Source: Minutocellus sp. GHC0000111
Taxonomy: Eukaryota
Assembly (NCBI GenBank): GCA_977018835.1
Contig: OZ361257.1
Coordinates: 3,596,001 to 3,660,000 of the forward strand
Direction of reading: 5' to 3'
Length of the DNA stretch: 64,000 nucleotides
Numbering within the stretch: position 1 is the first letter of the stretch; the number at the start of each line of letters is the position of its first letter. Positions 24,226-37,112 of the stretch are shown in pieces. The translations under genes and the position numbers were made by a program. The notes beneath the pieces are model-generated. The model ran no database searches. It was not told the origin of the DNA and was given only the letters and a program-made list of their open reading frames with translations.

Positions 24226-24405
24226 GTATCAAACGAAATGGAGGAGGTCGCAGTAGGTTTGCAGGTTTGTGGCGGTCAATACGCGCGACGGACAGACCAT
24301 CTTTCAGCTCTCTCGCGATCGCTCGATCCGCTCGCTCGCTCGACGCCTCATTTTTTCAAGCGAGACCCCAAGTACTCCCACCGCCCCACCACACCCACGT
24401 TGATA

Positions 24406-24968
24406 ATGTCTGCCGCCCCAGGAGCCAACATGGCAGCCGCTGTAGACGCGGAGGTGGCCAAATTCCGTGCCCTGCAGACCGAGATCCAGGAGCTCCGATC
24501 CTCCCAGCAGACTCTCATTGGACAGCAGAACGAGAACGAGATGGTGAAGCAGGAGCTCGACTTGCTCGACGAGGACAGCGCCACGGTGTACAAGATGGTC
24601 GGGCCGGTGCTTATGAAGAATGATCTGGACGATGCCAAACAGACTGTCGACAAGAGATTGGAGTATATCACCGGAGAGCTGTGAGTACAACTAATCGGTC
24701 GCAGTGCGGTCCTACTTTTAAACCCGTGTCCTTTTCCGCCATTATCACGTGCATCGCCCAACCCCGAATCAACCTCACCCATTATTCTTTCCCCCTTCTC
24801 TGCACTTTGCAATAAACGCAGCAAAAAGCTGGACAAGAAAGTGGAGGATGCACAGAAGAAGCATCCGAAAGCGGGGAGAAGATACAGCAGATGCAGAGTG
24901 CGATGCAGCAGGCGGCGGCCGAGGCAGCCAGGGCGGTCGCTCAGCAGCACTCGCAGCAGAGCTCGTAG
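24406..24968 (+). pseudogene. PFDN6: Prefoldin subunit 6 with a -1 frameshift in exon 2
   Basis: QQNENEMVKQEL, VYKMVGPVL and KRLEYI. Intron 24681-24821. The Q/A-rich helical tail ending at TAG 24966-24968 needs one extra base near 24861. Confidence 0.85.
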
Positions 24969-25587
24969 GTTGCGTCGGGAACCTACGAAGGGCATTGTGG
25001 ATGTTTATGCAAAGGATTTTCTGTGCATCGCATGCCAAGTACGAAATATGGGGAATGCAAGAATAGGATTGCCGATCTAGATCACCTTTTTTTGGTACCG
25101 TAGGAATTCCTACCGGTTGGGCGAGATTTGATTGACGAACATTGCCGATACTGGTATTGGCTTCATCACCAGCAAAAGGATTGCAAGGTATTTTTGATAT
25201 GCTCGCGTTCATATTTTCCAACACTGCGGTGCATCAGAGTCGAGTCGAATCGAGTCGAGTCAACATTTGTGATGTCTGAGAGTGACTGACTGACTGAGGA
25301 ACCGAATGTCATCATCATCATCATCATCAGTCTCTCTCTTTGATGGCGACGGCGGCCGCTATGAGCGGTGAATTTGTCAAATGGTATTCCCACCGATGTC
25401 AATAGTTGTAATCTAATCGCCTCTGGCAACTGCAGCATCACCATGGCTCGGTCAAGCTTCGGCAAGTGTCGCAAACCATGGTTTTTGAAGGGATTACCAA
25501 TGTCCTCGCCTCTGATATTGGAAACCCGGAGGCAAAGAGTTTGGAGAGAAGCCAAAAGAGGGCCCAAGAGTCACAACCCAAGCAACG

Positions 25588-26840
25588 ATGGTCGACCAAA
25601 GCGCCGTGGCAGTGAGCTCAACCGACCCGTCCAACGCACCCTCGAGTGCGCCGGTGCCCCCCAAGGATGTGGTGGACGTGACGGTCCACCCGCTCGTCCT
25701 GCTGAGCGCGGCCGATCACTACCACCGAGTGGCCCGAGGCACTCGCAAGCGTGCCGTCGGGGTCCTCCTCGGCACCGTGTCGAGGGGTCGGGTCGATGCC
25801 ACGAACTCGTTTGCTGTCCCGTTCGAGGAGGATTCGAAGAATCCGGTAAGTTCTATTGCGCTGTATGTTGACAAATCGTTGGACCCACCTGGAATTCCTC
25901 GCATAATTGACCTTTGAACGCGGCGGTATCTTGAGCGCACACATGTATCTGACCTCTAACCTCATTTATTTTTGGCCACACGCACGCCCTGTCCAAAATA
26001 CCACAGGCTGTGTTCTATCTCGACCATAACTTCCTCGAGAATATGCTTCACATGTTCCGCAAAATCAATGCCAAGGAGAGAGTGGTCGGCTTCTATTCCA
26101 CTGGACCGCAGATCCGCCCCAACGACCTTCGTATCCATGCCCTCCTCAAGCGCTTTGTGCCGCCCGAGACGTCGACTCCGCCGGTCTTTGTCATCATCGA
26201 CGTCCGTCCCGACCGGGAATCCATCCCCACCACGGCCTACCGCGTGGTTGAGGAGGTCGACTCCACCTCCTCCGGCGGCGGCGCCGGTGGCGCCAAGACG
26301 TCCGAGGTGCACAGCACCTTCGCCCACGTCCCATCCCTCATCGGGGCCGAAGAACCGGAGGAGATTGGCGTCGAGCACTTGCTCCGTGACATCAACGACC
26401 CCACCGTGTCGACCGTCACCTCCCTCATCAAGGCCAAGTTGTCCGGCCTTTCGGCCCTGACCGAGAAGCTCGTGGAGATGAAGGACTACCTCGAGGCCGT
26501 CGTCGAGGGTAGGATGAAGGTCAACCAGGAGATCGTGGCCAACATGCAGACCATCCTCAACCTCCTCCCCAACCTCAACGTCGACGAGCTCGTCAAGTCC
26601 ATGCTGATCAAGACCAATGACATGCACATGGTCATTTACCTCAGCGCTCTGATCCGGAGTGTCATTGCTCTGCACGATCTTGTCAACAACAAGATCAAGT
26701 ACAATCTCGAGGAGGGTGATTTGGAGGAGGACCGGATGAATAAGACCGCGGCGGGCAAGGACGCCGGCAAGAAGGGCGACAAGGGAGAGGAAGAGAAGAA
26801 GGAGGAGGATGGTGATGGCGAAAAGAAGGAGAAGAAGTAA
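25588..26840 (+). CDS. RPN8: 26S proteasome lid subunit Rpn8/PSMD7 (intron 25846-26006)
   Basis: [35 protein letters not shown] and [13 protein letters not shown]. Confidence 0.95.
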
Positions 26841-27220
26841 AGAAAAAGGTTGTTTCCTGGGGATACATGAATGCTGACCATCAGTGCTTTGGCAGGTCTT
26901 GAAGATGTCGGCTTGCTTGTGGCCGTACCTTTTCCACATATGCGTAGATCTATACCGGTGCCGGTACACATGACGTTCGGTGTGTCGACGTTTATTTATT
27001 AACATGCTATAGGCAATTGCGTAGTAAACTAATCTAACGCATCGTCTGGCCAGAGCCGACTTGGACACGGTGCGGTAAGCGGTATATAGAATCTAGATCT
27101 TCATGTATCGCCTGAGTATGTCAATACAATGTAGAAAATTGTTATACATGTACATGAATTGTCAGGTCGGAGTATGCTCGAAAGGTCAAGAGGATTGATC
27201 AGATCTTCGCTCCAAACGTA

Positions 27221-27919
27221 GTGGGGAACGGCAACGATGGCATTTCCGGTCCATTGACTGGTAGCTCATGGACTGCTGTGCCTCATAATATGACAGGTGC
27301 CGGTTTCGCAGGTCGAGATACCGGTGTCACCCGTCAAAATCTACGCCTCTCACCGAGTGCACTCCGCTTCGTCGCCGAAGACTTCAAGGTTTCGACATGC
27401 GATCCTACCAGTAAGATTTCAGATAGTATCGTCCCTACAGCTGGCGCCCTGGAAAGCTTGCCTCGTTGCCTTCTGCTACCTATCGACGAAAAGAAGATAT
27501 CAAAGTACCAGTGCCTTCTTCGAAAACACATTGAAGCATTTGAGGCGAGTCAAGATGACATTGAGACTCACTCCCGAGGCCGATCGCGCAAGATCGTCAT
27601 TGGTCAAGTAGGCATCAGATGCCGCCACTGCCGAGGTCATCTGGCAAAAGCGTCAATTTACTTCCCCGGGACCCTAAGTGGCATCTACCAGAGCGCTCAA
27701 AACATGGCCCTTCACCATATTAATCCGAGAGATGAAGCATCAAGATGCAAGGCAATGCCGGCAGACGATGTTAGCCAATTCCAAACTCTCCTTAGTAGCA
27801 AGTCTAATATAGGAGGAGGCAAAGGTTATTGGTCAGAGGCAGCCACTATGCTTGGTTTGATGGATACGCCACATGGGATTCGATTTATTGAAGGGCAACC
27901 TGTGAGCAAAGCCGCTTAA
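27221..27919 (+). CDS. Protein or fragment with one copy of a Cys/His VGIRCRHC domain; start uncertain
   Basis: LRKHIEAFEA, QVGIRCRHC, IYFP..GIYQSAQNM and YWSEAA..LGL.D; same domain as the neighbouring minus-strand gene. Confidence 0.6.
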   Translation: MGNGNDGISGPLTGSSWTAVPHNMTGAGFAGRDTGVTRQNLRLSPSALRFVAEDFKVSTCDPTSKISDSIVPTAGALESLPRCLLLPIDEKKISKYQCLLRKHIEAFEASQDDIETHSRGRSRKIVIGQVGIRCRHCRGHLAKASIYFPGTLSGIYQSAQNMALHHINPRDEASRCKAMPADDVSQFQTLLSSKSNIGGGKGYWSEAATMLGLMDTPHGIRFIEGQPVSKAA

Positions 27920-28303
27920 TTATCATAAAGGCAATACTATAGTCAAGACTCTGTAGTAGTGGCTTTTGGCGTACGACTACCGGTAGCTAGCTGAGGCGGG
28001 AAGGAGCCCGGAGGTCATATTTGTATGTGCATCGCCGATATCCGGATCTCCAAGATCTGCTATCAATAGACACACTACAGCGATACTCTCTTCTTCGAAG
28101 ACTCTGTATAATATTTTTCAGTACAACTGTACATCAGTTGATTTTATAAGCCAGCATTAGAGGCTTAATATTATCCCCCAATTTGTCGACCGGTAAACTA
28201 CAACGAACTAAGCTGCTCGACTACTGGCTCAGGATCGTCTGACCTCAGCAGATTCCCTGTTGTAACGCCAAAATGATCGATATCATTGGACGAAGCATCT
28301 GAT

Positions 28304-30662
28304 TCAGATCTGCCGCGTTTTTTTCAATGAAGACGATGATGGAGCCTTTTTGATCGAAGAGGCGGAGGACGAATCTTTATATTCCTCATTGGAAAGAAGA
28401 TGAAGAGAAGAGGAAGACTCATCTTCATCTTCATCTGTCGGTGGTTGGATTTTGCCATGGAGCCTCTCCCATATTTTGGTAAAGAGGGCTTTCTGACTTC
28501 CAAAGGGAAGGTCGGATCGCTCCGACGCGTGAGACTCGTGCGCTTGTTTCAATTCTTCTCGTATTTCCTCTGGACAGGACCGACAGCGAAGTAAGTGCGC
28601 ATTGAGAACGTTGAGGGTCTTGCTCGTGTCAGAAAGAGTCTTTAGAGAACTTGGGAAGTAACGACCGCTGCCAAATTGAGGGGGGCTGTAGCAATGCCGG
28701 CATGCGATTCCAGCAAAGCCAATAGGTAGACCCTTGCGCTTCCCAAGTCGATCGGCCTCAGTAAATCTACAGGACAAAATCTGAGAAAGAAGGCAGAATG
28801 TGAATCTCGTCGTTTCCCCTCGATCTTCGGGATATACAAGGGCCTGGGGTTGAGCGTAGGCTTGGGCTTGGGCTTGTGCCTGGGGCTGGGCGGAGCTTGT
28901 CTGATCTCCAACAGACCCTGTGGTAAACGTCGTCGAAGAATGATAATCATCGTCTGGGTCGATGATTGGTGACTTCGTTGGGGAAGTAGAGGACGTATCT
29001 AGGTGTGCTTTCGTCGGCGTTGTGTACCAAATAGCATTTTTCTTATCGACGAGTCCAAGAGCCTTGGCAGATTCTATCCAATATTTTTTGGACATCCCCG
29101 ACCGAGCCTCGTCAGACTTTAGTTTCTTGTAGGTTTCCTGAATTTCTTTAGGAACCATGTCGCAGTGGTTAAAGTGTCGTTGTAGAAGATTCATCGTGGC
29201 GTTGTACATGGCTGAAATTTGGAGGGGATAATAGACAGATCCTTGTCGATATGCGCCTTTACAGGGGAGCAGTGAGGACATTGAATACCAACCTGATGTA
29301 GTGAGATGGTGCGGCGCTTTCCCCTTGAGGGGGCGTCAACATCTTTCTGTGTAGCCGTGAAGACCTCAACGATCTTCTCGCGTACAAAGCAATAAAGAGG
29401 AGTGAGCCATTGATTATCGGTTGGCATAGCCAGAGGACGAGGCGTCGGAAGAATTTCGTGGGCCGGTGCGGATTGTTCTTCGGCGTTTGGCCTTTTCTTC
29501 TTTTTCTTTTCGGCTTCATCTTTTGAACGAGGAGCTGTTAGTGGCTCGTCGTTCGCCTCAGCCAGGATATCCTTCTCCTGTATCACTTGGTTGGCAGAAA
29601 TACCGTACCTAGGTAGATAGGCTCGGTGATGCCAAGCTGGTCCAAAAGATCGTTGGGGTCTTCTTCGTTCAAGGTAAAACCTCCTAGATCTTTGGAATCC
29701 TGGGAAATCGCATAGGAAGACGAAGTTGGTGTGCGGCCTGAATGAGCGTTGATAGTCGGGTCTGTCTCTTGAATGTTACTAGTAGATTTTGTGGTCGAGG
29801 TGTTGGTTGCGGCAGCCGCCACGGCAAAAGAACTTGATACGAGTTGTTGATCTTGGCCTTGTGAGGCATTCACATCTTCTTCAGTCTCGAGACGGTCGAA
29901 ATAGGCCGTTGCAGTAGCAAAAGAAGGCAGCGGCCTTGCTGCGTTTGTCGACAACGAAGATGAAGGAATACTACTCCCAACACCCGATGATGGATGAGAA
30001 AATCGATTCCTACCTTCGCTCTCCATTGCTGCCGCAGCGGTGGCTGTTCTCATGGCTGCAATATGTTGGTCAAGCTGGGCACTTATATCGGCAGCATCCT
30101 TGTTCTGCCAAGAAAATGTGTCAGTGGCAAAGCTGAGCTTGGGAGATGAGAGATTAAGTGGGCCATCTGGAATAAGGCTCGTCCTTTTCCTAGTACTATG
30201 AGATGGAAGATCAATAGTTGGTAGGTTGCTCTCGACATTCAGTGGAACACTCGTACCGCTGGTTGGCTTTGTAGAAGCAGAAGCAGAAGCATAATACTCG
30301 AATGGAATGGGCTCCGTAGAGTTTGCCCCCCAAGGGGCATATGGTGTCGATGTCGTCATTCCTTGCTGCTTCTCTTCCTCGCGACTTTGATAGTCCATGT
30401 ACTGGTCCACAGCATTAGCAGCAGCCGCTACTGATGCGGTTGCAGTACCACTAGCTGCTTTCGCCAACCCTGCCGGTTCAAGCGATGGTCGACGTAGGCC
30501 TTCAGTGAAGACGTCTCCACCCATTGTGATTCGCTGGTCGTCATCGGCATCTCTACTAGGCCTCTCGTTGTCGCCGAGGCGATTGCGTGGCACTTGCGGT
30601 TCGGTTTGGTTTCGCTCGCGGGCGTAAGCGCCATCGCCTCCACTACCACCTCCGTGCTGCAT
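28304..30662 (-). pseudogene. Protein with low-complexity N-terminus and two VGIxCxHC-type domains, split by two frameshifts
   Basis: Three overlapping ORFs (29583-30662, 29191-29586, 28304-29281). QVGIQCPHC continues to GSVYYP only after a frame change near 29250; second domain GIACRHC..GRYFP. Confidence 0.65.
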
Positions 30663-31310
30663 GCTGATTCACTTATCTTTGCAATTTGCTCCTCACTTCT
30701 TTCACAAGTTATGGCAGTGATGAAAAGAGAACTCAACTTTCAATTTGATCGAACTGGAGGATGCATTTGCGGAGAATGTGCGGAGAACGGACAAAAGTCG
30801 GAGCATTCGAAGTTCCGGAATAAGTCTCCTTTATGTCAGAAGTTCGTGCTCTCCTATTAGATTTTTTTGCCTATAATCTCATCGATGGGCCATAAGAAAC
30901 CACGCTTGTCTTTGGGAAAATCACGAATACAGTACCGCAGTCAAGCCCCGCCGCCAAATTCTAAAAGAACCCGGAGGATTCTTGTGTCGTTTTACTTTGG
31001 CACAGACGACGAAGAGAAGACGAAGACGAGGACAACCGTACCACTGCCGTGTATCAAAGGCAAGCCCCTCTCGTTCGCCTACTCGCTTGCTCGCTCATCG
31101 CGCCGGCTATTGTTCGGCATTGATTCGCGAAAAAATCGGCTTGACTTTACTCGACTTACTTCGCGGCACCTCTTGGGCTCTTTTTTCTTTCAGATTCTGT
31201 GCAGCCGTCGTCACCATCTCAGCTGATCGTTGACAAAGAGGGATTGGTATCAGCCTCTGCCCTCATCTCCATCCATCCCCTTCCCTTGAATTCGAGCTCA
31301 TTTGGCCACT

Positions 31311-33664
31311 ATGGCATCGGCAGCCTCGTCGTCGGTTCAGGTGGCCGTCCGTCTCCGGCCGATCAACGACAAGGGTACGTAAAGCAGCGAGTTGCGAGGA
31401 TTTGTTCTTTTTCGTCGAGTCCTACTTTTCGTGTTGTGCTTTTTTGTAGCCTTCATGTCGACCGAATCTCCCATTACTGTCCATTCTCACGTACATCCCG
31501 CACACATTCCACTCCTTCTCCTCCGTCGTCTTCTGCCATACGCCAACACACCATGCAACAGAAAAGAAGCATGGGACGCTCCCCGTCGTTACGGCCTCGA
31601 CGGGAGACAAGACCGTGACCGTCATCAAGGGCAAGGGAGCCCGGCAGGTCCGGCAGCAGTTCTCCTTCGACAATGTCTTTACGTCCTTCTCCACGCAGGA
31701 GGAGGTGTTTGACGAGACTCTCAAGCCCGTTATTAGGTGAGCAAACAAAGGCGTACTAGTACGACGTATTGAAAAATTGATGTAGTTCGATGCACGAGAA
31801 AAGAAATGTTGAGATTGATCGATCGATTGATTAATATGCTACTTCTAACTTTCTACTTGCTCTTCCCTCCATTTCCTAATTTGCCATCTTCCTTCCAGCG
31901 ACGTCTTCAAGGGATATGAATCCACCGTCTTTGCCTACGGCCAAACAGGAACTGGAAAGACACACACCATGGAAGGAGACCTATCTGACCCGTCCAACTA
32001 CGGTGTGATTCCTCGTGCATCGCAGGCCATCTTTGACAACCTCCGGTCTCCTCAGTACAGCAACTACGACGTCACCTGCTCGTATTTGGAGATATACAAT
32101 GAAGATCTTGGCGATTTGTTATCCGATGGTAACAACAAGGTGACCATGATGGAGGGCAAGAACGGTGTGGTATGCCGAGGCCTTTCCGAGGAGAGTGTCT
32201 CCTCCGCGGCCGATGTTCTCTACCTGATGAATCGTGCCCAGCAGAAGCGACACATTGGCGAGACCAAGATGAACAAGCAATCGTCCCGATCGCATTGCAT
32301 CTTCACTATCAAGGTGACGGCCGCCGTCGAGGTTGCCGATGGAACCGTCACGCTCGAGGGTAAGCTTCACATGGTCGACCTTGCCGGATCAGAATGTGCC
32401 AAGAGCGCCGGTATGGAAAAGACCACCGGCAACGAGGCCGCCCGCGAGAGGGAGCGCATGTCCATCAACCGAAGTCTCCTCACCCTCGGTCGAGTCATTT
32501 CCATCCTCAAGGAGCAGAGCCAGAGCAAGAAGCCGGCCAAAAATGTTCGCATTCCGTATCGGTACGTTGGTCACTCAAAAAGAGTTGGAAATTTTTTCTT
32601 TTCGTTCTGTCAATGTTCAGAAACAGTGACTCTCTTGATATTCTCCATGATCGCTTCTCTAACACACGATTTATCTGGTAATGCATTTCATCGTGTTCTC
32701 TCTTTTTGCAGTGACTCTAAATTGACTCGGATCCTTCAAGAATCTCTCGGTGGACGGTGTAAGACGGTGATCATTGCTACGCTTTCTCCTTCCATCACTG
32801 CAATTCAGTGAGAACATGTCTCAGGTCATGGAATCTAGCAAGGCGGGCGCCCAAAAGATTGAGGCCGTCTCACAGAGGCAAGTCAATGTTGCCAAGAATC
32901 TATGCAGCACTGTGCTGGAGAAGCAGACCCACTTCGCTACCGACATTGCCGAACAGCAGCAGTCCAACATGGAGTGTCAGAAGAACGATCTCATCGAGAT
33001 GGCTACCACTTATCGCACTACGGCAAAGGATCAGGCATCGTCCGTTGAAGCACAATCCAGAGACATCAGTGATCAAATCACATCCTACTCTTCGTACGCC
33101 GACGAAGAAATTCATCCTGCCCCGGAGAGAGTCTCTCATTCTTACAGTACATCTCTGAGCGCGACGGCCGCGGAAGATGAAATTCTTCGTGAGGCCAACG
33201 TCCAACAGGAAGAATACCACAGCGATGACGAGTCAACAAGGAGTGAACCCAGGAGCAATGAGGACGATGAATGCTCTTCGCAGGTATCTCAGGGTCATTC
33301 TCAATTGACGGAGGAGACCATGGACAATTCTATGGAGACAGAATCTTCGATTGAGAGCGAAGGCAGCGCTTCGTCACCACCTCCTCGACTCAAGGAGGTT
33401 GCCGTCAATAGAGGTGGTAGCAGCTCAAGCACTACCAGCATTGGTAGCAGCAAGCAATCATCTATTCCCCGACCGACGAGCAGTAGTAGTGCCGGCGTGA
33501 GCAGTATGAAGAGATCTACGTCAAATATTTCGCGTAGTCGAGGCGCAAGCAGTCCAGCAATAAGTCGCAAACGAGTCAAGACCTCTAGGCATGGTTCCGG
33601 AACACCCGTGGTCGGCACTCCCAATGGTCTCGGCACACCGAGAAAACGAAGGGCAAGAAATTAA
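31311..33664 (+). pseudogene. Kinesin-5 (BimC-like) motor gene with a large internal deletion
   Basis: VQVAVRLRP, YGQTGTGKTHTMEG, SSRSH, DLAGSE, INRSLLTLGRVI and PYRDSKLTRILQESLGG. Introns 31375-31561, 31737-31898 and 32562-32711. The frame stops at TGA 32809; the tail is in another frame. Confidence 0.85.
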
Positions 33665-33835
33665 CCAAGGGAGCACAGCAATACAATAGCATAAGTCTTT
33701 TTCACATTCAAAAGGATAAGCATCATTATTCATTCGACGCAGAGTATAATATAAAATAAATCAGTGGGCTTGCTTATCAATTATGTACTCCATCTATATA
33801 TATGTACCCAAAAAATAAGAAAGTACTTAGGATGC

Positions 33836-33918
33836 CTTAGATTGCATTTGTCTCGAGGAAATGCACCATCTACACATAGGAATGCTTAAATCGCATTTGT
33901 CTCGAGGAAATGCAACAT
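33836..33918. repeat. 34-bp imperfect direct duplication of the last OCRL codons (period 49)
   Basis: 33836-33869 vs 33885-33918, 3 mismatches. Confidence 0.85.
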
Positions 33919-36746
33919 GATGAGCTGCATACCAGCCCTTCGTTGGATGGATTGAGAAGTTTCCTCCATTGGATTGATCTCATTGGACCCAACGACAAGG
34001 CAATTGCAACAAATTCGTGCCAACTTGGCCGCAGACAGCTTGTTGGCTTCGCGATACAGCAAGGCCTCGCGGAAGAACGATATCATGTAAACAAAAACGT
34101 TGTAGTGGATAGGAGGCAAATCTTCCAGGAACTTGCGAGAAATGGACTGAATATTTTGTGCATCGATCTGCAAGGTAGGAAAGAGCGATCGTGGAACAAT
34201 GGGTGAAGGCAAGTTCGACAAGAACGATAGGAGGACCTCCGTCATGGAATGAACACGGAACTCGCCGAACTGAGCTCCGGTGTCCAAACATTCACGGATA
34301 TGATTGACTTCCTCGGCAATACCGGGAGTGGTGAAGAGATCCCTCTCGTGCAAACCCTTCTCATAGATGGCATCGACGATACGCCAAAGCTCCTTGGGTA
34401 CACAGAGAGCGGCGGAAGGGTTGGACGGATCGTGCTTCTCGGCACGAAGGATGGGATCGAGGGGGACGTCGCGAATCGGCTCGGCGTACTTGACCAACTC
34501 GTCCACAGACATACCAAAGCAGGAGCGCGCATAGTTGGCCTTGACAGTGATGTAATAATCACGGCCATTCTCCAGCCGAAGAATAATGATGTCCTCGAGT
34601 ACCTCACGGCCAGTATTCAAGGCGTGCGCGGTGGTATTGTCGATGGTAATGGTAAAATTGAGAGTGGCCGGTGCCTCGCCTGGGATGAGCATACCATACG
34701 TTGGCGTCACGGTCATCCACGGCTTACACAGCGATACCTCATCGAGCTTTGGCACCAGACGGAACTGTGCCACGACCTTGCCAGTATTGGTGACCGAAAT
34801 AGGCAAGGTGACCTTCTGATCGTATCGGACATCTCCAAAATCCAGATTGATCCGATCGAGGCCAACCATGGGCAGACTCTGGTTCTCATACTTGTCAAGA
34901 ACCTTCATGACCTCCTCATAAACCTGCTCTCGTCGGCTCTGGATGACATCCTTGACCGTAATAAGGAACGATCCCATCACAGGCTTGTGATCGGAAATAT
35001 TGAGCTCACTCCGTTCGTATGTGAGCTGGGTCACGTGGCTAGGCTCCTGCGCCAGCCAAAGGATACGGTCGCACCACGCCGGGGCACGGAGCTTTTTATC
35101 CGGCCGGCACTCATACAGGTCCGTGCCTGGCTGATACTTGTACGTCGGCTGGAACATAAGCTTGCCCTCCTCGAAGCCCTGGAAAACGCGTCCCTGTGCA
35201 CGCTCAATGTTGAGCTGATCGTTAACACGTAGCTCATTGAGTTCATTGGCATTGCTCAATTCAATGACCTTCTCGGTTGGGATCGACTCATCGACACGGT
35301 AATTGAGATCGCCCATCCAAAAGGCCAGATCATGATCGGAAATCCCAACGGATGACGTGCCCGTGGCCCACTGCGACAGCGAACCGGACCGAATCACCTC
35401 TTTAACCGCTTCATCACCAATATCATAACTGATCTTGCTGAAGATATTGGCAAAGTCGGCATTCCTGCCGGCCACATTCTCTCTGTGAGCTGCCAAGTGC
35501 GTATTGGTAATGCAGATGGTGGAATCGTAGAACTGCAGGCGGATACTCACGCCGCCCTTGTTGCCCATCATGCCCATGACGCCGACACCAACGGAATCGG
35601 AATGCACGTACTTGACCCTCTGCTTATGCGGGGCCTTGACGAAAACGCACAGCATAAGACCGACCAGGTAGCGCTGGGACAGCAGGGTGTAGGCGCGCAT
35701 GGGGTCATTGCCGGAATTCTTCCGGCTGTTGAGCGTGGCGCGGATGCGCTCGATCCAGTGCTGAGATCGCTGCTGGGACTTGTTGTCGACAGCAACGTTG
35801 ACGGCATTGAGATCGACCATCTCCTGAAGGCCGACGGCGACAATGTCGGGGGCATTTTCGCCGTTGGCACCCCAATCGGAGCACAGCCAATCATCGAGGG
35901 GTTCATCCTTACCCTTGGCATTGACGTTCCACGTACCAAAGAAGATGCGGGCCTGTTTGTACTGGGTGAACTCGTCCTGTTATATATGTGTTTGGGAAGG
36001 AATGTAAACAAGATTGAAAGACGGGTAAGATTTCACTTTCGGAGGAAGAACATGAAGCTAAGCACATATATATCTTGTGTTGGAAGTACATAATACTCTT
36101 ATTTTCCTGTCACCACCACTTCACACCGCCAACAATAAAGGCCTACGTGAAAACAAATACGCACCTGCCGGGCTCGGATCTGCTTGTAGATCCAGGCATC
36201 GCGAATCTTGGTGGCGGCCTCGCGGTTGCGGATGCGCCCATCCTCCATCTCCTCGTCGGCCGCGCGATTGGCCACGATCGATCCGGTCGTCATCCGGCCC
36301 CGCTGACTCTTGGCGTACGATGCCCTCCGCTCGTCCGGACCGGGCTGGATGGGGTGGGCCATCTGCTTCAATTGCTGGTCGGAACTCCGATCGGGCAGGT
36401 AGTTGACCTGCGGATGCGGCTCCGGGGGGGCCGAGTGGGAGCGGTGCGCGTGCATCTGTTGTTGTTGGTGCATCTGCATCTGCTGCTGTTGCTGCTGGTG
36501 ATACATCTGCTGCTGCTGAGGATCTCCGCCGTACTGCGCCGCCCCGTACTGAGCCTGCTGCTGCTGGGCCGCCTGCCGCTGGGCATATTGCTGCATGTAT
36601 GCCTCCTCGGCAGTCATCTGTGGAGCGCCCTGCTGGGATGGGACGGGGAACGCATCTTGCCCTTGAGCTGCCTGCTGTTGTTGCTGTTGCTGCGGCTGCT
36701 GACCGCCGGCGCCCGGAGGCATCATCCAGCTGTTATTGTCCGCCAT
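33886..36746 (-). CDS. OCRL: OCRL/INPP5B-like inositol polyphosphate 5-phosphatase with ASH and RhoGAP-like domains (intron 35977-36164)
   Basis: GTWNVN, GNKGGV, WMGDLNYR, PTYKY, PAWCDRIL, SDHKPV and VPKELWRIVD; Q-rich N-terminus. Confidence 0.92.
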
Positions 36747-37112
36747 AAGTGATGGTCACGTGATGGGCAGGAAAACGACGGTATCTTGGAGGCGTATCGA
36801 CCGTTCTTTCCCGCCATTGTTGTGACCTCTCCGATTTGAGCGAGGTCTCGCTCAACGCTTCGACATCGACATGGGCATAAATGTTTTGCTGCTGTTATGA
36901 CGGGAGAAAGAAAGACCAAGGCGTTTCGAGCGAGAGATCGAGACGCGACGTTTCCCGCGAGAGCCGAGAGCCGAGGCAGGACGAGAGAGGCATCTCATCG
37001 CCTCACATCTGAGCGAGCGATGCTGCGTCACAGTGGCGTCTTGCTCATGAGCAGGCACTGAGAGTTGAGGTGACTGGCACTTGAGTAGTCTTTCTGTTAA
37101 CTTGCTCGTGTC

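Noticed and set aside
25230..25340. GAGTC pentamer and (ATC)n runs; (GA)n near 9830; CAGCCA repeats at 55450-55500
   Set aside because: Ordinary short microsatellites or low-complexity sequence.
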